Below are positions 12,970 through 25,300 of a DNA stretch of 64,000 nt, piece after piece (the stretch's first letter is position 1; the number at the start of each line of letters is the position of its first letter). A program made the translations under genes and the position numbers. Under the pieces are notes generated by a model. The model was given only the letters and a program-made list of their open reading frames with translations, searched no databases and had not been told where the DNA came from. The DNA is taken from positions 7,564,001-7,628,000 of the forward strand of contig CM120649.1 of the NCBI GenBank assembly GCA_051362555.1. Direction: 5' to 3'. This stretch comes from Lingula anatina. Taxonomy: Eukaryota > Animalia > Brachiopoda.

Positions 12970-13555
12970 GGCCCCTATTTCACACAGACCACGAATCCCA
13001 TGAATCGCCAGGAATTGACAAATTTCACGATTCGTGAGAATTCGTGAGATTTTGCCAATTTTTTGGTCTAATTCGACCCGCTCTATGATTCAGTTACGAT
13101 ACAGGTGCGATAGTGTTACGAATATTCGTGGGATTCGGTTGGAATCGCACGAATATTGTCCAGAAATTCACTATGATTTTTTGGAATCGGGAGTTCGTAG
13201 CCAAAACTTTGAACAGCTCAAAATTTTTGCCACGAATTCCCGATTGATTAAGAATTGCAAGAACTGACTACGAGTATATACGAATCTGTTAAGAACTTCA
13301 CGAACTGATTACGATTCAACCACGAATCCTGAAATTTTCAATTCCTGGTGGTTCGTGGGATTCGTGGTCTGTGTGAAATAGGGGCATCAAAGTTTTTGCC
13401 ACCAACTCCTGTTGGTCAAGAAGTGCAAGAACTGACTACGAATATATACGTATCTGTTAAGAACTTCACGAACTGAAAACGATTCAACCACGAATCGTGA
13501 AATTTGTCAATTCATGGCGATTGGTGGGATTCGTGCTCTGTGTGAAATAGGGGCA
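12970..13555. mobile_element. PIF/Harbinger (Tourist-like) MITE with a duplicated right end
   Basis: Left TIR GCCCCTATTTCACACAGACCACGAATCCCA; its reverse complement ends at ~13386 and again at 13555. TAA flanks at 12967-12969 and 13556-13558 fit a TWA TSD. Internal ACGAAT subrepeats. Confidence 0.8.
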
Positions 13556-14760
13556 TAACAAGTACCTTTCGAGATCCTCACACTGAGAGATCATGGGCCC
13601 TAGCCACTCATTCATCACTCTGCATTCTTCATGTCACAGAGATGATGAAGCTGGGATACAGTTTCCATGGACTCCCAGCTGCAATGAGATCCTAAAACCA
13701 TTCATACACAGCTAACTTACTATGGAACATTGAACTTCAACTGCAACTTACACTCTTCCCATAGAAATGAGACAGTAAGTGTCCTGTTCAGGAAGACCTG
13801 TGAAGATTCACACCCTGTATCAGACTACCTGTTTAATGCATATGGTTAGTCAGTGTAGACGATTGATCTAAATCAGAAATGGAAGATCTCTATTTGGCCA
13901 TCAGAAGGCTGCTGAAGGACCTCTGCAATTAAATTGACAGACAACACAAGTAAGACCAATTTCTGGTCTTTGGCAATCCTGTCTGAACGCAGAGATATAA
14001 GACAGCTCTTCCTGTAACCTATACCCACAGTTAACTGCTATTTAATGATGTATAGAGACAGCAACACAGGTAAACGCAGCCAGTGATTTCTACAGTTCCT
14101 ACTTCAGCAGGTAGAAATGGAACACCCCAGATATCAACTGCTACACAAACAGAGTGTAATTCAACATGTGTGTGACTGACGCTCATAAAATAAACCCCAT
14201 TTCTCTCCATTCCATTCTCAACACATTTAAAAAAGCTGGCTGCACAACAGTTTTAAAAAAAATCGGTCATAACTTGGGGAGACAGGTATTTTATTTTATT
14301 TTAATTATTTTCTCTCTGACATCTGTAGTTTTACTTACAGAGAAAACCCAAACTTAGATCCATCACCCAAATGTGTGTATATAATTCAAAGATGAAATAA
14401 AACTGCCGATTATCCTTAATACATTTTATTTCCTCTAAGAGTGGTTTGGTACAGCAATAAGAAAGCTGTGCGTCTGTCTCCTCCAGTCTACGTGACTTTA
14501 TTACTATTCTACACACACTGGGACTGAGAACTGGTCCATAGCCCTATATATCCTGACAGCTCTTTGAGACAGAGAATTATGTTAAGTTCATATCCTATAT
14601 GACACTAAATATATCTCTGTAAAACCATCAACTAGTACATCACCTCTTTGGTTTCAAAGTCTGTCCTAAACAATGAGTCAAGGATGCCTCCCATTTTAAG
14701 TACTGTTAAGCACCCAGGAACCATGAAGCTATCATATATAACCATATGTCTGTTTCCTTA

Positions 14761-14980
14761 TGCCTCCTTTACACTGGACGGTGTCCTTTCTGCGTCCCTA
14801 GCACGGCCCTGTTTGAGAGTAAAAAATAATAATAATACAGTTACTTTTACATGTCGACATCTGGCCTATCACTGAGCATTCATTCTGCAACCAAAGCGAT
14901 GCTGTGCCTCCTTTCTACAACCACAGCAATGCCAGTTTCAGGGTGGCACAAAGGATGCAGAATGGATGCCGTTTCAGAAT
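14761..14980. mobile_element. Dispersed MITE-like repeat; related copy at ~38790-38945
   Basis: CGATGC.TGTGCCTCCTTT.TACAACCACAGC.ATGCCAGTTTCA...CACAAAGGA.GCAGAA.GGATGCCGT is shared. The left end CCTTTACACTGGACGG is the reverse complement of CCGTCCAGTGTAAAGG at the end of the 38.9-kb copy. Confidence 0.7.
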
Positions 14981-17900
14981 GAGTTCCTGTTGCAGGCACC
15001 TATTCCCACAGTCTGCTCTGTGTTTTAATTAACTCATCAAATTTAACATCAGGTATTACATGAGCTGCTAACAAACCTCACCTGACTTGATGAAAAGTGA
15101 TTATAAAAACTTATTCAAACTCAGTTCCCCCTAGGAATCTCCGCAAACTTGTGTTTATGACCAGATCAGATGGAGTGAAATACTGAAGTCCTGCTGCCCC
15201 TTACCCAGCATTGATTTCATTCACTGACAGAGGCAAAGGAATAAGGAGCAGAAAGCGTCTTCCACAAAAAGGTGTCTGCACGTCTTCAAACTCCTTATAA
15301 GAACCTGTTCATAAACTCTCCTCATGCATATGTCATTTGCCAGGAACATGTATTCTTAATAATATATTTATAATAATATTTAAGAAGCTGATGGTTAAAA
15401 GCAGGCTCATGAAATTGTGCCACCTCCCCCTATCCCTGCTCCACCTATTCACCCCCTTCCTAAAATCACAACTACCACCAGAATAATTGTTAAAAGTTCT
15501 CAAAAGCAGAACTTTTCCAGAGTAGCAGCTAAGTTAATATTAATAATCTTTAAAGCCTTTCTCAACCTTGATTCTCACGACACAGTGCCTGCCACAGAGT
15601 TCTTTATCTATGTGACCCTGTCCTGCTCCTCTCTCTGAAGTAATCAATTGCAGTAATGACTCAGTCCGTACCTTACTTATCTGTCTGCAGATGACAGCTT
15701 CTCACACAGGAACTATTACTACTCCTTTCCCTGACAATGTCAGAATCGATGTCATCATATTGTACTGCTGCTAATGAGCCTACTGCCTACAGTCAATACT
15801 GACATATCTAACACAATGCCGTCTATCAAGCACATTGTGCCCTCTGATATGCTCCTCTATATCTACAACAAAAAGGTAACTGAGCTCTATAATTCTTATA
15901 AACTAAGAGTTCTGATGTAGTTACGGACAAAGTTTCCTTCTACCTTCCCCCTCCAACAGTCACAGACAGACAATCTCAACCAACACAATACACAGTCACA
16001 ACTAACACAATTGCATTTAGACGTTAATAATGAATGCTAAAAAGCATACAAATCACTGGTGAGAAAGCACTCCAGTCTAGCCTAGAACTTCAAAATGTGG
16101 CAACAGTTTTATCTGGCCTAAGTATGGTCACTAATACTATTGATTTACAGCACTGATCAATACTACTTCTAGCTGCACAGTAACAGACCACTTTTGGAGA
16201 GTGGATTTAGCTGGCTCAGCGTGGAGTGGTCTATTCTTACACAGGACACAGTACTGTCTAGCATTTACTCCTACCCCCCCTCCCCTGCCCGCCCCCTGAG
16301 TTCATACATCTGGTTTATAATTCCTTATATCATATGCACTGGATTGCCAGTTCCACCAACATTTGTCTTTATTTAAGATATGCTAAAAAATTCTTAATTC
16401 CAGTCAACAAATACTTAACACTTCCCAGTGCTCTACTCTAGCAAATCTGGTTTATGTTTCACTGGTATGTAAATAAAGGGGATTTCTAACCTCAAACCAT
16501 GAGTTTTAATGTGCCTCAAAAATGTTGCCATTCCTTCTCAACATGGAATGTATATATATACAACTGCCCAGTGAACATATAAAGGTGTAATTACTGGATT
16601 CATCCTCACGCCTTAAACTGGGATGCTTTCTAATTAAGCTACCTGGATTTAAGAAATCACACCTCCTGGTAACCTTATCAAAAATTACATGGAATGTATT
16701 TATGAAATTGTGGATGTAATACCATCAAAACCAGATAGAAAATTTAATTTTTAAATCTAATCACCTTATTGCAAAAAAAAAAAAAAATTGCTTTTGTCAT
16801 GAACATTTTACAGAGCGTAGGAGCTCCTAACATCAAAAATAGAAATTTTACCAAAACCTGTTGTTCACATACACCAGAAGTATTTTCAAAATGCACCGAT
16901 TTTTTAGGCCCTTCCAACCTGTTCTACTTGTAAACAACAGTTTAAAAGTACTCACTACCTTAAGTAGGGATTGAGTTCAGCCCCCTCTGATACAGATCTC
17001 AGTTCCTGTTAAGAAACAGTAAGGTGTTTAATCACATAAACGCATGTTCTGATAGCTCTGTGTGTCAATATGGCAATTAAGCTAATTGTAGCACCTGTTA
17101 TCTCCAAGGAGATCTCCCAGAGGTACCAGTCTTCAGACTATACCCACATGCCTTACAGTATATTTGTTTTCATGCTGAGAAGCTTTAAGACAAGTCTGCT
17201 GTAGCTTGATTCATATACATTTAATTTGTAACTTCCACTTAGGAGATTATTATTATCTTTTTTTATTAAGGGTGGATCTTCAGGTCCTGGTGTTAGTCAG
17301 TAACCTGCTGCTGATCTGGCTCAGATATATTTATATACTTACACTGCCTGTATCATGTGAAGTGCAAAGATGAAAGTGCTTTACTATTTACATTTCCATC
17401 AGCTCATTAATTCCAAAGTCCATCACCTCCATTCCTGTAGCCCTCACCTTAGCCACAGCTGTTTTCTCCACTCTAGTTTCCAGAAAATATCCACTCGGTC
17501 AGTAATGCTCAAACAGAAATACATCGTATCTAGCTACAGTAGGGAAAGCAGCATTTTTATATATATTCAACCCTGCAGCAGCAAAGTCTTGGCACGTCTT
17601 CAACTAAAAAGCCATACAATCCCAGTGATCATTTGCTTTCCTGCCATTTGATTCATGAACAACACATGCAACAGAAATGAAAAGTCTTGAAATAAAACTC
17701 AAAGGAGTTTTGGGAATGAAAAACATTTTATGACATACATGCATTTCTGATAAATTAATTTAAAATATGGAAATCACAGATCTTAAAAGAAAAAATAAAT
17801 TGCTCCTGTGCCTCAAGCAATAAGCATAAGTACAGAAATGAATGACCTTCCAGAGGAAGTCAAGGGAGAGTACTATATAAATATGTAACAAATCCAGTGC

Positions 17901-19454
17901 TTTTTGCCTTGATAACATGTCAGAAACCCAAGACAGAAAAATCACCTGTGCTTTGCTATTAATATAGACCTTTCTATACAAGCAGTGACAACAAATATAG
18001 TGTAGAATAAATATTGATTCCAGTCATAAGAAGCATTAATATCTGGTGGAAAACAGCTTGTTGGCAGCAGAAAATAGCCTTGCCCTTTTTGTACTGATAG
18101 CACTATTTGGTTTGACAGAGAAATGGTCAGCGTGCGCGCACACACACACACGCACGCACACAGATAGAGAGAGAGGGGGGGAAAGAAAGAAAGAGATGTA
18201 ACTTAGACAAGTTTGCTAAATCCACTAAAAATCTATGCCATTCAGAATGTACATTGAATTTTTACAGCCTTATATTAAAGTTCACATGGAGAATAACCAG
18301 AGAAACGAGATGTTTCAGCACTTACATCTGCTGCTCCACTGATCAAAGAATAAAACATGCTAGAGCTGAGCCATGGCATAGTTTACTAAAAAATGTTCTA
18401 ACCATGACAACTGGCTGTTTCATTTATAAAGGTGCGTATATTATATAAATATAAATATGACAACAATTTGCATTAAGACAGACAGGTGAGATCTTGGGGA
18501 AACATCACACTAGAAATACAACATCAGGAACATTTTGTTGAAGCATGGAGCATCTCAAAAAAGCTTACATTAAATCTATTCACCAAATATCAAACATCTA
18601 CTGCTAGAGGACACTATAGACTTCAATTCACTTTTTTGGACAGCAACACTTAGAGAATAAACACCTGCAGTGACTTTCTCACTTGTCACGTTGATACCAT
18701 GCAGGCCCTGATGTTAACAAATAAAGAAATGTATACATAATGCTGCAAAAAAGAAACAACAAAATTTTATTCAATAAATGAATCATTTCACAGAGAAGCA
18801 AACCAGCATTTTTCTCAATATCAATGCACTTTTTTACATGAAGAATTTTTCATGCAGATGTGAATTATTAAATCGTTCTACATCAGCTCCAGTTTTTCTT
18901 GGAAACCCTGTCTAAATATTTGTAACATTAAATCCTTGTTCTTTTGACAGCTGCCTCAGCACAAGAATCAAGATGCCGAGCTCCCTCTGCCGTGCTCCCC
19001 TACATTAACAATTCCTCATATCCTCAAGGTAATGGCTTTCTACGTGATTGTTCCAAGGCAGAGAAGAGGCTGAGAGATTAAGGTGTACCCTGTTAACCCT
19101 ACTGACGTATTATGACATAAATCTAAAACTGATTAGATGCAGACTAATTGAAAGCTCTCACAAGGCAGAAACAAGGTCAAGAAGCCATATTGCCGGGGCT
19201 GATTTTTCAGCCATCGGCAGCAATAAAAACCACCGCCCAATTTCGTGACATGTTGGAGCAGATATTAAGTAGGGCACAGCGTTCGTGGTTGGAATAAAAC
19301 AGCGGCAGCTCCATCCAGGTAGCCACGGTCTGCCCAGTCAGCCAAGCCCTCAATCCTTCATCGATCACACTCGCAGGAACGCGAACCCGTCACACACTTC
19401 CCAACGCGCAAAACGACGCTGCACATGGAAATTAGACAGGACGTGTACGAAGTG

Positions 19455-19770
19455 CATTACCTACCTAGTGTCTGTCTTTCTTAGTTGTTTCTTGGCCGCC
19501 TTGCGATGTTTTAATCCGTAAAGAAGGACGTGAAATAGGCCACGAGAACACTGGCTGCTACTCGATGGAAGCGTGGGCTGCTAGTTATTGCGCTGCTTCC
19601 CTCGGTTTGAAAAATAATTACTACTTTTACTATCCATTTCTGTTTCAATATACAATTTCTGTCTGGTATTGGGTAGGATAAATTGCAACTGCTTTTATGA
19701 TTACATCGCAATTTTCTGTAGTCTTACTCGTAGAGAAAAATGATGCAAATAGCAGACTTCCGTTTTGGGG
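19455..19770 (-). promoter_or_regulatory. Probable CpG-rich promoter and non-coding first exon of the FARP-like gene
   Basis: Local CpG enrichment at ~19200-19900, ETS-like CGGAAGT on - at ~19756-19762, and donor-like TAG|GTAGGTAA on - at ~19460. Linking it to the 5928-6078 exon is inference. Confidence 0.35.
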
Positions 19771-22331
19771 GAGGAAAAGTAAAAATAACAGCCTCCAATT
19801 CTACAGAGTTGACCTTGTTATATTTAAAGCCGCAGATTATGCGGCAAGGTAAACACAGGTAAAGTCCGCTCCGCGCTGGTTTGGAGACAGTGACTCACAG
19901 CTTAAACATTTGCTTTCAATTCAAATGCTTAAATTTAAATTATTATACAGTTAAAGAACCACAGCAGGGGCAGAACAGCTGGCAGAAAATCAAAGTAGAC
20001 AAGAAGACCCCCCTCCACCTTTAAGAAGTATAATCCTTCCACTTTCGCTCAAAATCTTAATTTCAGTTTACAGCTGAGTGAAAATGGTAGAAGTGCATGT
20101 TAACATTAACCGCGCATGAGCTAAATAAATCATGATATCTTTGAATGAAGGATATATAAACAATATATTACCACTTAATTTTTTTAATTTTTATTATAAT
20201 TATTAATTTTTACATTTTATTTATTTCATTTATTATTTTCCCTACCTCAAAAGAAAATAGAAACATTTAAGACAACAGACTCCTCCCTCCCCAGGACCAT
20301 ATACATGTACCCATGTTACTAATACAAGCTGCATTTACAATAGGCAATTAACTTAGATTACATGACAGTTAAAAATACAACCAGGTTTTCAGCAAAGTAA
20401 ACATTTTATTTCTGTCACATGGGGCCAGTGAATAAAGTACACACTTTACAAGCCAACAGCTCTGAACAGTTCAATGGTTCACTGGTAAATAAGATCAAAG
20501 CAATTCAAGCGGTTCAGTTGTTTGTACACCAATCAATAAGTTATGGATATTTTCTCACTTACTTAAGCTACTTTGTGATACCTTCACACTTAAAGGGGAA
20601 GCCTAAGTCTAATATTCTTGTATTATAGAAAGCATCATTGTTGACAGCATTAAATTGTCTTTGGCATCAAACCCCAAGGTTTAATGACTCTACCGTTTCT
20701 TTCCCAACCACCCCCCTCCTCTTCCACCCCCATCCCCCTCCCCCAAATTATTCTCATCCGTTTCCCCTCCCTTCACATTAGAAATAAACCTGGTTTCATT
20801 ATTTGTTACTTATTCATCTTCAAGGTGTGTCAATTGTTACTGCACAACCAAAACACCTTGCACTTAGTGTTCACAGTATTTCATTTTCATATTTTTTTTT
20901 AATTTGACAAATATCTTTCCTTTGCTAGGAAGGACATATCATAAATATACTTGTTTTTAATTCAACTCCATGGGTACAAGTTACAGAGCACTGCTTCTAT
21001 TTTTTCTAGATTTCCAATTTTTTTAGAAAATTTAAACAATAATTCAACCTTAATAAAATGCTCTGAAGCAATGAATTTAATAATATATATCAAATCTTCT
21101 GTTAAACGTTAACTCTCTGAACTGTAAAGGTGTTGTATTAAAAATTTGCTAATAATAACATTAAGAGTGATAAACACTAACAAAGGGGCATGCATAAAAT
21201 AGCAAGATGCATGTGATTCACAAAACCTTAATATACAGGAGCTTGAATACTGTACAGATGATCTCAAAATGACGAACTCTCCAAATAATCCAACTGTGCA
21301 GTCAGCATTAGATGGAGCCACTAGCTGTTCAAGAAGAGCCCAAGAAAACAGAAAACCAAATTACATGGCCAGTAACTAAGAAACCTTTTTTTTTCTAAAA
21401 AAGTTAAAAAGTCATTTTCTTTCACAACTGTTCTTTTACTGTAAAAAATGGAAAACATGTCAACATAAAATTGTCTATGTGATAGTAATACTGAATACAC
21501 ATATCTGTCAATATTGAAGGATAAGTCTCACAAAACCTTCAACACCTGGTAAACTAGAATAATACACCTTCTTGTGACTTAAAACATTTAATAAGCCAAA
21601 GCAATAATTCCGTCATATTTCAAAGACAGCTTATAGGCATATTAAAAAGAAACGATCTCTACCAATAAAAGCCTCGTTGCAGGTTCAAGGCCCTTTTGCA
21701 TTTTGCATAACTCTCCATGTTCAGTCAGTGAAAACAGTTCAACATAGATAAATGGGGTCACTGAATTGGGTCACTGAATTGGGTCACTGTGACCTATTTT
21801 CACATTAAATCATTGGGTTAGTGTATACGCATAACTCAGAACAGCTGCAACATTGTAGTTTTAAAATAACACTTTACCAGTTGCTTAATATCTAATCTCT
21901 GTAGTCAGGGTCCCATTCAAGTTCATATCAACACAGACCCTTTGTACTGGCAGTTCCAAATCTCCACAAATATGCTGAAATCCCTTCTACAATAGTCATC
22001 ACAGACTGATCCTTGTCAGAAAGCTTGATGCCCTCCATTTTAATACTTGTCAATTTCTAATAGGCAACCAATGTTCCATTACTTTTAAATAAAAATTCAA
22101 TGGAAGTTGCTGCTTGAATGAAGTGGCCTATTTTTCCTGTTCCTAAAATTTCCACTTTTTTCTTTTATGCAGCCTCTTGTTCTCATGGGGTTTTATACCT
22201 GAAAACTCTGGAGGAAGGCTCCTAAAAGTCAAACTGTGGTCTGATGCTTCCTGGTAAAAAATAATGTTGATCTATTTCACAAAGTTCTGGTAGCCATCCC
22301 TGACCGGGGGTCAGACCCTAACTGGACATTC

Positions 22332-25300
22332 CTAGCTGTGAGCCAGAAGTTGGCTGAGAGTGGCTTGCTGTTCCGGACTCATCTGCCCCACACAGGCCTG
22401 GAATATGTCACCATTTGTCTGCAATATACAAAGATTTCATCTTTAGAATGCTTGGTACAATAATGATATATATTAGAACTGAAGTCTTCATAAAAAATTG
22501 CCTTAAAAAGTGAATTCAATGTCACAGTTCATTTCATAGTATTTTCAAAGGCATTAATAGAATCCCAAGTTGCATTCATTGCTTCGTGTGTACGTTCATG
22601 TGCACATGTGTGTGTGCATGTGTGTGAAGACTATATAGCGATGTCCTCAAGCCAACAAGCTATGTTGTGCCATACTTCAAATCTCATCTTTAATTGTCTC
22701 ACGACGTTCAACATTCCGATACCCAGTTCACTCATTTAATCAATGACTTCTCGCCTCAAAGGTTCTAGATACTTCAACCCTCACCTGTACTTGTCTCAGG
22801 ATGTTCAACATTCTGACGCCCAGCTCACTTGTTTTATCAATGGCTTCACGCCTAAAAGGTTCCACCATGACTGTCAGTAACCGGGGGAGATTCTGGGAGT
22901 TTTCTCCGAGGACTAAAGGATGGTTCCTAAGGAAACGGGAATCAACACCGTCAGTATAATCAACACTATCAGTAACATGAGACAGGCCGATTGCAAGGAC
23001 TTTTCTGAAATTCCTTGAGTTTTCTAATATCTTTTCTTGGACTAGGAAAATACCATTGGGATTTTATTCTTAATGTTTGTAAATTGACCACCTCACACAA
23101 TATGTAAATTAGACACTCTTCAGACAATAAAAAATACTTATAGCATCCAAATGAATATGTGTGCCAATAAATTGTTTTCATCTAGACTTCAAGTCTTCAA
23201 TTCCCCTTTTCATTTTGTCATGCTCCAAATAAACTACTTACATTTCTATTAAATCACACAGATATCCATAAACATGGACAGCCTCTTCTTCATCCTCCCA
23301 GACTGGTAACCATGACAACCAATGGGGTATAATTTCGTCTATGTTAATGTTACCAGGGTTATATTTGCATATTTTTGTAACTGCAGAAATTGCATTTTCT
23401 GTGGGACTGATATTATCTACAGACCGCGCCTCTGGGTCCTGGATAACTTTTAACAGTCGGGGGATAGCCTCTGCAAAGATAGGAGGGCAGATGCAATTGT
23501 TATGGGTACATGAATACAACAGATATTGCAGATTACAGAATGTCACGCAAGTTACCTGAGGGATGATACAACTGACATGGGTGTTTCGATGAAATAACTA
23601 TATTGCATATTACTGAATGTTACGTATGTGATCTGAATTGTAAAATATAAACAATTAACATCAAAATTTTATCTGGATACCAGTATAAAATCAATTGCTC
23701 AAATGACGAGACAGTAGTTAAAGGGTACCAGGATGAATCTTTTTCTTACCACTACAGGCCTGAGCATATCCACTACCGCCATGTTGTGCCATCACGCCGA
23801 TGCCATAAGATGCTGCCTGGCGAACTTCACCTTGTTTGTCATTGATATATTCCAGCATGAGGCTGAGGAAATACTCCTGGTACTTGATAGAGTGAGGACC
23901 TGTGTGTTCCAATACATCATCCCATATACACAGCGCCCACTGGCGATCTGGCCACGGCTGTGCTGGTCCCTAGGGGGAGACACAATACATTTACTCTATA
24001 GGTGGCAGCACCAAACAGTAATCCACTACAAAATGGAGCACTCTACTGATCTGTTTTAACATAGATGGTAGATGATAGGTCAACTTACCAACAACTTAGC
24101 AAAATGTGGTAGAAGCTGCTCATAAACGGGTAAAAAGGCCTCCTTGTGAGTCCCAAACAACGCGTGAAGAATGTCGGACACCTTGGTGAGGACGTACACA
24201 TCTGTGTCATCCTAGAATGGGAAATATCAAATATATATTAAACAGCACATGCATTTACTAGTAGCAACTTTTGTCTTTTGGAGACATAAGTGCCAATGTA
24301 TCTATCTGTTAGAATAGTACTGACAATGTATCTTTTTGTTACAATAGCAGTGGCAATGTATCTATCTGATACAATAGCTTTGTGGCATATATTTGGTAAA
24401 CCTGAACTTCAGTTTTCTCTTCAACATTATTATGTAGCAAAAATTAAAACTGCACTTCTGTTCTTGTGATTAATTGAGCCACTGCCCTGCAGTTCACAGT
24501 ATGCACTCATAATACCTGTTATACACCACATACACATCACTTACTTCATGTACATGACATACCTCATACAGACAACTTGCCTCACATACATGCAGTGTTT
24601 GCCTTTTAGGAAAATTAGTTGCTGGACCGAAAGTCCAGCCATCTTGAAAAGTAGCTGGACTGAATGATTGCAGGGTGGGAAAACTTCTCAGCCCGTTCTG
24701 AAAGATGTCAGCCCCGGGCAGACGGTCCAGCCTTAATTTCTAACACTGCATACATGACATATCTCATACACACCAGTTGCCTCACATACCAGACATACCT
24801 CATCTAATAATGATTCCTCCACTACATCATCATAATCTTCATCTTTTCTTTGCTCTGGAAAAAAAAAAGAAAAGTAAGAGATATGACTGTTCCTGCTCTT
24901 CTGGATTTAAGATTCTGCTACAAGATGGAATGAAATCTTTTAACTATCTCACACAGTTATGTAACATTAATTTCATTGAATATTCTGTCTATCATACAAA
25001 GACAAGTTGCATACCTTGTCTCTCTGCCTGCCTTACAACGTGATCATCTATCTCTGTACATTACTTAACTCATAGTTATGTAACATTTATTTAATAAACC
25101 ATCCTCAGACCTGTCTGGCATACTAAGACAAGCTGCCTACCTTGCCTCTCTGCCTGCCTTTCAAAGTGGTCCTTCATGGTTTTGTCCAGGATCCTGACTA
25201 GTTCTGACATCTGATGGTCATTGAGGCAACCATTTCCAAGCTTTTCTATACACTAAATATTACAGCTAGGCGATTATTATAAAGAAACAACAATATACAG

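Noticed and set aside
7000-19400. Many 60-115-aa ORFs in the long interval upstream of the FARP exon
   Set aside because: They are low-complexity or random-looking with no homology and no consistent splice phase; the region is probably one large 5' intron.
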